From a virus (taxonomy: Duplodnaviria > Caudoviricetes): a stretch of 64,000 nt of DNA. This document shows, piece by piece, positions 17,170 to 26,260 of the stretch (the stretch's first letter is position 1; each line of letters starts with the position of its first letter). The stretch spans positions 96,001-160,000 of IMG/VR virus record IMGVR_UViG_3300005512_000001, one strand, 5' to 3'. The position numbers and the translations under genes were made by a program. The notes under the pieces were generated by a model. The model ran no database searches. It saw only the letters and a program-made list of their open reading frames with translations, and was not told where the DNA came from.

Positions 17170-17515
17170 TACAGTTCTTAAAGTTGTATCTATTTAAACC
17201 TGCTGCAAATGGGTCCCAATCTTCCATATTGCTTTCACAATATTTATTAATTGCGTCTATTATTATGCTACTATCATGTCGTGATAATAATGTAGTCTCA
17301 TATGTATAAAAATCCACTCCATCTGTTCTGACTTCGAAATAGATGGAGTGCGGCGTCTCACACCATACTTTGAACATTACTAATACGTCTGGGTCCAATA
17401 AATCCGCTTCTTTGCCATCTTTATACCCAATCATTGTGCCAACTTTGGCGGATATGATTCGCGAATCTGCATTATCAAAGCCAATTAGATGCATGTCGTC
17501 GATTTTAGCGCACAT
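17150..17515 (-). CDS. hypothetical protein
   Basis: GTATTTAA-N5-ATG upstream motif. Confidence 0.6.
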   Translation of the reverse strand: MCAKIDDMHLIGFDNADSRIISAKVGTMIGYKDGKEADLLDPDVLVMFKVWCETPHSIYFEVRTDGVDFYTYETTLLSRHDSSIIIDAINKYCESNMEDWDPFAAGLNRYNFKNCTIVNGK

Positions 17516-17530
17516 AATACTTAAATACGT

Positions 17531-18238
17531 TCACTCGTTGATTTGATTCAAAGCTGATAATATGACTTCGCAATATTCAACATCAATCATTTTGTTGTGC
17601 CGCAAAATAACACCATCAAACCCAGCCGAATAAACTTGTCTAATTGCGGTTTCGAGTCGTAAAGGTTCTATCAACTTACCTGATAGCACTTTGGATGATG
17701 CGTGGTATGATAATGTCATATCAACATAAACTGGTTTATAAAATTTAGACGCTTTGTTGAATGACGTATGAAGTAGTTCTTCCCATTCATCCCATGCTGC
17801 TGTATAGGGATGTGCCCAGCACGTAATAAACTGCAACAGCTTTAAAATATTAGGTTGGCCATATCTATTCTGTTTAAACGTACCCTCAATTGACTCTACT
17901 ATTTGTTTTGTTGTAAATGCTTTAGTTGGTGTTGGCCATAGGCTGCAAAATCCTACTTGAGAATTGTGACCGGAACAGCTGTGATAAATATCTAATAATT
18001 CGGCAATATTGTGTCGCCCAGTATTAGAGCGGCTTATATGGCTTATGTCAAGCACAGTAGGGGCATGTATAGCTTGCTCAATAAGCTTAGATTCAATATT
18101 GTTATATGCAGCGCCACCATCATATGTTAACTTGCCACCTTTTAACAAGGATGTCCATGTGATTGGAATATAATTAAAATGCAATAGCCCAATCACAGGT
18201 TTAATATTGATATCTTGATTAACTAATATTCTAAACAT
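17531..18238 (-). CDS. hypothetical protein (possible degenerate TIM barrel)
   Basis: 235 aa; KPVY...AGFDGVIL. Confidence 0.6.
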   Translation of the reverse strand: MFRILVNQDINIKPVIGLLHFNYIPITWTSLLKGGKLTYDGGAAYNNIESKLIEQAIHAPTVLDISHISRSNTGRHNIAELLDIYHSCSGHNSQVGFCSLWPTPTKAFTTKQIVESIEGTFKQNRYGQPNILKLLQFITCWAHPYTAAWDEWEELLHTSFNKASKFYKPVYVDMTLSYHASSKVLSGKLIEPLRLETAIRQVYSAGFDGVILRHNKMIDVEYCEVILSALNQINE

Positions 18239-18259
18239 GGCATATTTTTGTGTGGGGTA

Positions 18260-18721
18260 TCATAAATGATAAATATTTACATTGCTTACAACTGGAACCC
18301 ATAATTCTATTATCAACGCTTTAATTACATCCCAATTTCCACCAGCCAAACCACATCCGAATTTCGGGCAGCTTATTGAGACAGCTTTCTGTTTTGCGAA
18401 TTTGGCCACTTGTGCCATAGCAGATACCAATGCACTATACCTAATCGGGGGTTGATGCCCAACCTTATTATTGATTGTCCCAGATTGTGCTATCATATTT
18501 GCTATATAAACATTATCGTACTCTATAAATTGAACCCGGCCGAGTCCAAATGCAGGTTGTTTGGATTTATACCATTCCCTATATCTTGACTCTGCTAGTG
18601 GCCATTTACTACTTATCGCACCACTAACACCAGCGCCCCAATGCCCAATATTATTGCAGACATGTGCGATAACGGTTTGATGTGCTATGTTTGTAATATC
18701 TTGGTTTACGTATTTCAGCAT
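18260..18721 (-). CDS. macrodomain ADP-ribose hydrolase (Poa1p-like)
   Basis: QDIT, IAHVCNNIGHWGAGVS, ANMIAQ, PKFGCGLAGGNW. Confidence 0.9.
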   Translation of the reverse strand: MLKYVNQDITNIAHQTVIAHVCNNIGHWGAGVSGAISSKWPLAESRYREWYKSKQPAFGLGRVQFIEYDNVYIANMIAQSGTINNKVGHQPPIRYSALVSAMAQVAKFAKQKAVSISCPKFGCGLAGGNWDVIKALIIELWVPVVSNVNIYHL

Positions 18722-18790
18722 TTGTTATTCTACAATACAACAAAATTATTATTAAACCTATAGAAAATTGTTGGATGTATTAAATATTAC

Positions 18791-19123
18791 ATGTCAACAG
18801 AGGATATTTGTTTTTTTATTCTAAATTTCGCACCATTGCAGCTTCCTCAATGGTCTATAGCTAGAATACTGACATATGTGGTGTTCCCATACAACCCAGA
18901 CATAAAACCATATATAAAAGCAGTTATGGTGGTTAGGCGGTTCTTGGCATATCAATTTACATCGGATTATATTGACGGCATTGAATTTAATGCTGAAACA
19001 TATAAATTCAATAAACAACAGCTTTATTTACGGCTAGGCCAAGAGCTAATAGACCCAATGAATCTAAAAGAGGTTGAGAAAGAAGTAGCTAAAGAAATTC
19101 GCTACCGTTGTGAGTCGATGTAA
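18791..19123 (+). CDS. hypothetical protein
   Basis: 110 aa; upstream TAAATAT motif. Confidence 0.6.
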   Translation: MSTEDICFFILNFAPLQLPQWSIARILTYVVFPYNPDIKPYIKAVMVVRRFLAYQFTSDYIDGIEFNAETYKFNKQQLYLRLGQELIDPMNLKEVEKEVAKEIRYRCESM

Positions 19124-19148
19124 TTGACGAACAATTTCTGGATATTTT

Positions 19149-19686
19149 TTATCTATACCGCTCCATATATGTTTTTACATGCTCCCAAGATATAGGTGCG
19201 TATTGCACAGTGTCAACCCCAACATCCATAGACCATTTTTGAGGCTGCGATATCATACCGTGGACATGCCCATGTAAATGCCAGCTACCATGGAAACTTG
19301 CATTCCATGACAGCATTGGGTAATGGCATAAGGTGACCTTTTGTGATTCTATTTTAGTATCAAGATACCCATAATATAATTTCACCTTGCTACCTAGTTG
19401 TGATTTCAATAGAGACTTATCATGGTTTCCAACAATAATTCTTATGTCATTACAGTTAATAGCATCCAGAAAAACATTTGGGTTTGTCCAAGCAAAGTCG
19501 CCTAAATGCCAATATGTGTCATTTCTACCAACAACATCATTGATATTAGCCAATTGTTCATTATTCATTTGTTCTAGTGTTTCAAACGGCCTATCACAAT
19601 ATTTTATAATATTGTAGTGATTGAAATACCTAATGGGTGTCAGCAGAAAAATAATGCTGACACCCATTCTCCTTTATGTTTTGCAT
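19149..19686 (-). CDS. calcineurin-like metallophosphoesterase, split after its first motif by a 7-nt gap containing TAG
   Basis: MQNIKENGCQHYFSADTH* (19686-19630), then FNHYNII...HLGDFA...GNHD...CHYP...HGHVH...DVGVD from 19625. Confidence 0.85.
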
Positions 19687-19815
19687 TTATTTTCCCTTAC
19701 TACTACTGAAACCATCGCCGGTGATATTTTCTAGCTATTTCAGACTGCTTAAGCCCGGATTCAAGTAATTTTGGAATTATTTTCCTAATGTTGCGAAATT
19801 TTCTACGTGAGCTTA
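19674..19815 (-). pseudogene. frameshifted HTH remnant of a homing endonuclease
   Basis: IPKLLESGLKQSEIARK in one frame and ISPAMVSVVVRENK in another. Confidence 0.35.
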
Positions 19816-19853
19816 TGAAAGACCCATCAATTTTATTTATATTGGTATTTATA

Positions 19854-20219
19854 TTAAAATAGTTCACTTATTGTCTCCCCAACTACATCCATAATCAATT
19901 GTCTATCTAATAGTGTTAGAGATAATGCATTTGCTATGTTATTAACGGGGAAGTATATTTCCCCATTAGTGAGTATTGACGATTGTATTCTGCCCCTATA
20001 TAATACAACATAAAAGAAGATATTATTATTATTTGGGTCTGTAATATCTAGGGTCTTAACATTAGAGATATCTGGGATAGTTAAGCGTTCAAATTCTATG
20101 GCCCTCATGTCGATAACACAGGCACTTGTGACCTTGGGAATTACAGTAAAATTCCGTGGTTCTGAAAATTTATATGGGCCATAATACTTCAAATCTCTGT
20201 CTACCATACCGTGACGCAT
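19854..20219 (-). CDS. hypothetical protein
   Basis: ORF, start uncertain. Confidence 0.5.
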   Translation of the reverse strand: MRHGMVDRDLKYYGPYKFSEPRNFTVIPKVTSACVIDMRAIEFERLTIPDISNVKTLDITDPNNNNIFFYVVLYRGRIQSSILTNGEIYFPVNNIANALSLTLLDRQLIMDVVGETISELF

Positions 20220-20278
20220 GTTAATACAATATTTACAACCGCAATGAATAATTGGCAAATGTACTATAAAGGAATATT

Positions 20279-20749
20279 ATGATATATTTGCTAGCGCAAG
20301 CAACAGATGTTGTCAATGAAAACCCGCATATAGAGGTAACTTTACCGGCCGCTATAACATTTGCTGGTATTTGTGGGTTGGTGTTTTTATTGATTAAACT
20401 AGGTGATAGATTGTGGCGGCCAAAGCAGGGGTCTCTTATGGGCAATGATGATTTAAAAGGGTTATGCGACAACATAGATAGATTAGGTAATGCTTGTAAT
20501 AGAAACAAGGAAAAGATAGTCGAGAACATGATGAAGCTGTCAGAGGCCATGACACGATATATAGAATTACAACAAGCATCTTTAAGAATTGCTGAGTATA
20601 GGCATGAAGCCATATTAAAACAACTAGAGATTATTTCTGGCCAATCGGTAGAATCCCGTAATGCAAGCCAAGCGAGCCAAACTGAAGCTGGCTTGATACG
20701 TGAACGACTTAACCACATCGCGTTAAACATTGAAAAGCTTGTTAGCTAA
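20279..20749 (+). CDS. single-TM coiled-coil protein (holin-like topology)
   Basis: AAGGA RBS; N-terminal TM followed by heptad-rich C-terminus. Confidence 0.6.
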   Translation: MIYLLAQATDVVNENPHIEVTLPAAITFAGICGLVFLLIKLGDRLWRPKQGSLMGNDDLKGLCDNIDRLGNACNRNKEKIVENMMKLSEAMTRYIELQQASLRIAEYRHEAILKQLEIISGQSVESRNASQASQTEAGLIRERLNHIALNIEKLVS

Positions 20750-21387
20750 TTATGAAATCTTTCATAGCCCTTATTCTGCAGTTTTTCACGCCATTTCTTA
20801 ATGCTTTTTATTTTATAACAAGCATTGGGGTTATCTACTAATTTTTTCACAGGGTCAACTTTCGCCCCGAACGATTGGTTATATAAGTTAAATGATATAT
20901 AGTTATCGCCGATGCGATAACTGAATGCAGCAACTTGCATGTCATGGTCAAAATTAATGCCAGATTTCATCCATAACTCACCTTTAGTTGCTAAAACTGA
21001 GAGGTCAACAACAGACGCTTTTGCCTTCTCCACAACTTTATGGCTTTCTGAATTGGCTCGTTTGTTTTTCCCACTAATTCTGACTCGGAAACTGCCGCAC
21101 GCACACTCGCCATCGTCCCCAGTTATCTTACGCACACCTCCACATATTGGGCATGCGGCAATTGCTGCCCCATTACTGATAGCAGCTAGACTGCCATTTG
21201 TCGACGCTTCTTCTACGCGATTTGGATTTATCTTAAAAATCGAATTCTGCACTGGGTCTAAAATGCTAACCAAACCTGATTTATCTGGTTTAGGGTCGAT
21301 TAATAGATATCCGTCGCGTAATACACCAATAGGGTCTAAAATGCGGATTGGTTTTAAATTTTCTGTGTTGATTTGTATGTCATTCAT
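20746..21387 (-). CDS. hypothetical protein with CxxC..CxC
   Basis: 213 aa. Confidence 0.7.
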   Translation of the reverse strand: MNDIQINTENLKPIRILDPIGVLRDGYLLIDPKPDKSGLVSILDPVQNSIFKINPNRVEEASTNGSLAAISNGAAIAACPICGGVRKITGDDGECACGSFRVRISGKNKRANSESHKVVEKAKASVVDLSVLATKGELWMKSGINFDHDMQVAAFSYRIGDNYISFNLYNQSFGAKVDPVKKLVDNPNACYKIKSIKKWREKLQNKGYERFHN

Positions 21388-21445
21388 AGGTGGTTATGCC
21401 ACGATAATGTTGCGAGGAAAATTGTACACATATCAAATATAATTT

Positions 21446-21634
21446 ATGAAACTTAAGCAACTACATCGCGGCCAGCCAATAGCTAAGAAAAAGAAGGTAT
21501 GGGATAAAGATGAACATTTAGGTCGTTTCAAATCGCGATGGTATAATAAATCTGCGAAGACGAAACCATATAATTGGTCAAAAACTGGAACTTTTCACGG
21601 CCAATCTGAAGGATATAACGACCATATCATCTAA
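21446..21634 (+). CDS. small basic protein
   Basis: CAAATATA motif just upstream of ATG. Confidence 0.55.
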   Translation: MKLKQLHRGQPIAKKKKVWDKDEHLGRFKSRWYNKSAKTKPYNWSKTGTFHGQSEGYNDHII

Positions 21635-22092
21635 TCACTAATTTCAATTTTACCTTTACTATCATTGGCGAAATTATTTTTCATATAAGCTAATAAAAGC
21701 CTACCACCTTTACGCTTTACTAACTTCTTAATTAATCTTGATAGTTGGTCAGAAGTGATATGATTATCTTGGAAAAATCTCATCAAGCTATGATTCTTCT
21801 TTTTATTGCGGCATCTATCGCAGCAAGGCACTACATTTGCAAGAACACATGGTCCTTTTTCTTTTATAGGAAATGGATGGTCAGGACTATCTGCTAATTC
21901 ACCACAATACGAACATCTGAAATTTTCATTATTATAAATATCCACAACATCCTGATAATCGATATCAACTTCTATATTCGATTTTCTGCTGCGATATCGG
22001 CTTTGCCTTAACCAACCGCTTATTTTCTTTTTCAATAATTCAATATGGTCGGCTGAACATGGTATGCCATCTACATTATGCTCGATTTCCAT
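21631..22092 (-). CDS. HNH endonuclease-like protein (degenerate)
   Basis: CSYCG....DH..P....G....NVVPCC..C..KK. Confidence 0.8.
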   Translation of the reverse strand: MEIEHNVDGIPCSADHIELLKKKISGWLRQSRYRSRKSNIEVDIDYQDVVDIYNNENFRCSYCGELADSPDHPFPIKEKGPCVLANVVPCCDRCRNKKKNHSLMRFFQDNHITSDQLSRLIKKLVKRKGGRLLLAYMKNNFANDSKGKIEISD

Positions 22093-22114
22093 CTGTTACC
22101 TCGCCTATCGGTTA

Positions 22115-22441
22115 CTAATTGGTCGTATTAGGTACATCTTGAGTCGGTGCGACTAATCTGACCACACCCGCCAGGATATCGGCGAGGTTTTCATCATCTA
22201 CAGTCATCCAACTTCCGCACAATTTAACTGCAGGTACTGATGCTAAATTAAACTGCGTGGCCTCTGGATATTCACCATCAGCGTCTGCAGTAACCATCTC
22301 TAAGAGTAATATAAATCCAATACCAGATCCAGCTTCATCATATCTTCTAAGTTGCTCCTCGACCGCTAATTTAGGAAGCTCAATAACTTCCGTCCCCAAT
22401 CTTGCTTTAACCCATTCTTCTACCGTAACTGTGTGATTCAT
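22115..22441 (-). CDS. hypothetical protein
   Basis: GAGAG RBS. Confidence 0.6.
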   Translation of the reverse strand: MNHTVTVEEWVKARLGTEVIELPKLAVEEQLRRYDEAGSGIGFILLLEMVTADADGEYPEATQFNLASVPAVKLCGSWMTVDDENLADILAGVVRLVAPTQDVPNTTN

Positions 22442-22501
22442 GATGTTCTCTCAAATAAGGTCATATAACGTTATTTTATATACATGTGAGAGAATGCAGT
22501 A

Positions 22502-23359
22502 TTATTTTTGGGGTTGTTTTGACCGTTTTTCACGTCTTCTTTTCTTTTTCAATTCATCAGCCCGTTCTACTTCTCGGTCTGTGATTTCGTCGGCGATATT
22601 CCTTATAGTATACAATGCAGCAGTATACTTCACCTGGCCTTGAGTTAGGTGCGGCCAATAATGGCTGAGAATTATGACCCTTGCATCAAAAGTCTTTCTC
22701 ATCTTTTCTGATAAATCAAGATACTTGCCACGACTTATAACTGCTACAATATCTTTAAACTGGTCAATCAAGCTCCGGTTATTATCTAATACAATCACCT
22801 GCTTCTTGCCTTCTGGGTCAGCAGAAAACATTTTCAACGGGACATTTGGGTCTATATTTTTCGGATTTAGAAGTTGCATCATGCTTAAATCAGGCCCGCT
22901 GTAATGCCCCTTCGCTTCGTCTTTTAATAATGCAACTGCATTTTTCAGCTCTCTACTAGCTGTTTTACGGGGGACTTGAATTTGGGTTTTTAACTCATGT
23001 TCCCGCTCCCGAACCTTTTCGTCAAAATGCTCCTGCTGAAGATTCATAAGAATAGTATGCACTTCAGTATATGTTAGTGGGTTTTCGATAGATACTTCAT
23101 CAATATCTCTGCTAACAGATGCCTGGATTAGGTCGCGGAATTCTTTGTCCAACCCATTTGCCCTAGAGGCATCCCGTATTTTTTCGATACGCCGAAGCCC
23201 ATCACTATAGCGTTTCCACTCTCGCGTAATCCCCAGCCGCTTGTCTAAACCCAATTCAGTCGGGTCATCAATAGTTATAGACTGCGCTTCGAAAATAGAA
23301 GCCGTACCAAATGGCTTCCCAGAGATTATGTCTAATTTTTCGTTTAGTGTAAATTCCAT
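22502..23359 (-). CDS. hypothetical protein
   Basis: 285 aa; CAAATATA upstream. Confidence 0.7.
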   Translation of the reverse strand: MEFTLNEKLDIISGKPFGTASIFEAQSITIDDPTELGLDKRLGITREWKRYSDGLRRIEKIRDASRANGLDKEFRDLIQASVSRDIDEVSIENPLTYTEVHTILMNLQQEHFDEKVREREHELKTQIQVPRKTASRELKNAVALLKDEAKGHYSGPDLSMMQLLNPKNIDPNVPLKMFSADPEGKKQVIVLDNNRSLIDQFKDIVAVISRGKYLDLSEKMRKTFDARVIILSHYWPHLTQGQVKYTAALYTIRNIADEITDREVERADELKKKRRREKRSKQPQK

Positions 23360-23379
23360 TTTCTATATATTTGAATATA

Positions 23380-25020
23380 CTAGTCTATAATCACAGACTC
23401 TTTGAACCACCCAGGCAAGATTCTCTTATTCTTATTGTACCACCATCTAAACGTACTGTCAATGATGTAAGTCTTGGCCCAATCATTTTTGCTGCGGACG
23501 CTACGCCCGACAGATTGGACTAATTTAAGTGCCGTAAGCCATTCGTAGAATTGCGGGTCCTCCTCCATTCTTGCTGCTAATTGTTTATCTTCGAACTGGT
23601 TTGGGAATGGGACCTTACATATTATTTGGAATCTACTTAATTCCCCGATCAGGTCAATGCCCTCATGCATTGCTGGGGCGATAATAATTGTATCAGGTGA
23701 TTTAGAGTGAAGTTCTAACATTTCTGTTTTATTGCGGAAGTCTTTTTGGAACAATGACCTACGCCTGACATCTGAGTTGCAACTATCTATCAACATCTCA
23801 GCAATGTAGAAATTATGCGTGTGGATTATACCACGTTGTGTTGTGTGTTTTTTCGCTATTTTATTGACTTCATTAACTAATTGACCAGACCACTGTGGCA
23901 TATTCCTCTTGCCGCCAGTAACCTTAGCAACGGGATTAAAAAATATTGGTCTGTTTTCGACTGGGAATTTGCTACTCATCCGTTTGGCTGCGATATCCTT
24001 TTTCTCAATTCCCAACGACCTTGACATTACATTAACATCTAAAATAGTGGCAGACATAATTAAAACACTCATGCCCCAGCTAAATAAAAGGTCATGAGCG
24101 TAATTATCAACAAATACAGGCTTGAATGTAACTCTACTGTTCACCTTATTTTGCAATTTTGCATATTCTGCAACCCATGGTTTGTGGTCTTTCTTGAACA
24201 TCTCTGTTATGAAATGTTCAAGTTTTCTAATCACTGAGTCTAGTTCATCTGCCTTCCGAGTATCCTCTGCGATTCGAGCAGCGTTTAATTTATCAGTGAG
24301 AATTTTTATAATGCCATTATTATTTAACCACACTGCATAATCTTGTGGGCTATAATTATTTGGGAATTTCAGGCCATTGAACTCCAAATCTGATATTGAT
24401 ATAGAGACGAAATTCATTAACTGTGACTCTATATTATGCCCTTCATCTAAAATCAACAGCGACCTTGGCTCGAACCGTTTAGTGAATGCTGTTTGATGTA
24501 AGAAGCTAGCGAAGTTCATAAGGCATATTTTAGATGCCACAGATTTCTCAACTTGATTAAAATAATGGCAAATTTTGGTTTGCAAACACGATGAATATAG
24601 GCTTTTCCCTTTCCGCTTGCAAAACCCATCAGCACAATTGTGCGGTTTGGTTTCATTCCATTTCTTGATAGACTTGGCATTGTGTAGCATGGGGTCTGGC
24701 TTATAAGTACACTCATAAGCATTTCTGCCTTTTAAATCTATTAGCAGCTTATCGTGCTTACCATGTTCGCCAAAATCTTTAGATAGTTGGTCCTGTAGGA
24801 TTTTTGTTATTGTGAGCCAATATACAGAGTCAAAAAATGATGAGACAGTCGCCGCTATCGCACTTTTGCCACACCCACATGGCCCTTCTAAAATAACAAA
24901 TTTTTTGCCATCATGAAATTGATTCACTATCCATTTTACAGTCTCTATTTGGCCATCACGTGGCTCTTCAAACGGGAATTTATCAAGAATAACACTATCG
25001 GTCAAGATTATATTGTCCAT
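23380..25020 (-). CDS. DinG/XPD (Rad3)-family SF2 helicase with Fe-S cysteines
   Basis: PRDGQ Q-motif, GPCGCGKS, LKGRNAY.C, DEGH, MSAT, EGID, KVPFP, QSVGRSVRS. Confidence 0.92.
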   Translation of the reverse strand: MDNIILTDSVILDKFPFEEPRDGQIETVKWIVNQFHDGKKFVILEGPCGCGKSAIAATVSSFFDSVYWLTITKILQDQLSKDFGEHGKHDKLLIDLKGRNAYECTYKPDPMLHNAKSIKKWNETKPHNCADGFCKRKGKSLYSSCLQTKICHYFNQVEKSVASKICLMNFASFLHQTAFTKRFEPRSLLILDEGHNIESQLMNFVSISISDLEFNGLKFPNNYSPQDYAVWLNNNGIIKILTDKLNAARIAEDTRKADELDSVIRKLEHFITEMFKKDHKPWVAEYAKLQNKVNSRVTFKPVFVDNYAHDLLFSWGMSVLIMSATILDVNVMSRSLGIEKKDIAAKRMSSKFPVENRPIFFNPVAKVTGGKRNMPQWSGQLVNEVNKIAKKHTTQRGIIHTHNFYIAEMLIDSCNSDVRRRSLFQKDFRNKTEMLELHSKSPDTIIIAPAMHEGIDLIGELSRFQIICKVPFPNQFEDKQLAARMEEDPQFYEWLTALKLVQSVGRSVRSKNDWAKTYIIDSTFRWWYNKNKRILPGWFKESVIID

Positions 25021-25163
25021 TGGAGTACCTTATAAATAGTGAAAAATCATTGCTTCATGTTGGGGTGGCCAGTCGGCTAGTTCTTTAGCACGCTATTTTA
25101 ATACATCAAAACAAATAGGATAAAGCACGGTCTTTTAACTACTGATCACCATATTATTTTTTA

Positions 25164-25171
25164 GTATTTAA
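25164..25171 (+). promoter_or_regulatory. GTATTTAA motif 5-6 nt before ATG (phage promoter, leaderless type)
   Basis: also at 30578, 37794 and 17521-17528 (minus). Confidence 0.55.
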
Positions 25172-25177
25172 TCAACT

Positions 25178-26260
25178 ATGAAGATAGCAATAACAGCCGA
25201 TGTGCATATTGGCATCCCTGGGAAACTCCAAGATATTATGTGGGGCTTGCGCAAAATAAGACAACATTGTATTGATAATAACATAAAACACATAATGATA
25301 TTGGGAGATTTATTGCATGACCGTGAACAAGTTAGGATAGAGGATTTAAACTTCCTAGTTGACTTTTTGATAGAAACCGATGCAAAATATGGGATTAGTG
25401 TAATAACATTCCCAGGCAACCACGACATGTACCTAAAAAACTCATGGAAAATAAACGGTTTGAGACCATTGTCGCGATACTTAAACAGCTATCATGATAT
25501 ATCGACATTGACCTTAGACGGCATTCGTTTTTGGATTCTCCCGTTTATCCATTATGAGTCGGACTATATGGCTGCATTAGACGACATACACAAACAACAC
25601 AAAGATGGTGATGTGCTACTCACACATATTGGGGTTAAATCATCTACATTAAATGCATGCTTTCTGTTGAAATCTTGGTCTGTTGTTGAATTTTCAGAGT
25701 CACCATTTGATAGGATTTATACTGGCCATTTCCATATTCCGCAACAAGTTGGCCAGAACGTGTGGTATCCTGGCAGTCCAGTGCCATTTCGATTTGATGA
25801 AGGTGATTGCGACCATGGGTTTATAGTCTTCGACACAACAATGCGTGACCATGAATTTGTGAATTTGTGGGGTGATGGCGATAAAACAGCCCCACCACAA
25901 TTCGTTACTATAAACGATTCTAAATTAAAAAACACACATAAGGCAGATATAGACAATAATGTAGTACGCATCGCTTTGTCAAAAGAGTATACACACAACC
26001 AGCTTTCGGAAATTAGAAAAACTTTGCAGAATTTAGGCGCAAAAGACGTTAGGTGGATGCATCTGGCATCTAAAGAAGAAAAAGAAGTTATTATAGCAGC
26101 GAAGGATGCTGCTGCTAATGCAGATGAATTGTTTAAAAGATTCGTGGAAGCAGATAAAGATGGCATAAAAGGTTTGAATGCAACCTTATTATCTAAATTA
26201 AACAGTACGATAGTCGCCGATGGCGATAGACAATATTCAGAAAGCTATATTGATGCTTGA
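25178..26260 (+). CDS. sbcD: SbcD/Mre11 (T4 gp47-like) nuclease
   Basis: ADVH, LGDLLH, GNHD, THIG, TGHFH, YPGSP. Confidence 0.93.
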   Translation: MKIAITADVHIGIPGKLQDIMWGLRKIRQHCIDNNIKHIMILGDLLHDREQVRIEDLNFLVDFLIETDAKYGISVITFPGNHDMYLKNSWKINGLRPLSRYLNSYHDISTLTLDGIRFWILPFIHYESDYMAALDDIHKQHKDGDVLLTHIGVKSSTLNACFLLKSWSVVEFSESPFDRIYTGHFHIPQQVGQNVWYPGSPVPFRFDEGDCDHGFIVFDTTMRDHEFVNLWGDGDKTAPPQFVTINDSKLKNTHKADIDNNVVRIALSKEYTHNQLSEIRKTLQNLGAKDVRWMHLASKEEKEVIIAAKDAAANADELFKRFVEADKDGIKGLNATLLSKLNSTIVADGDRQYSESYIDA

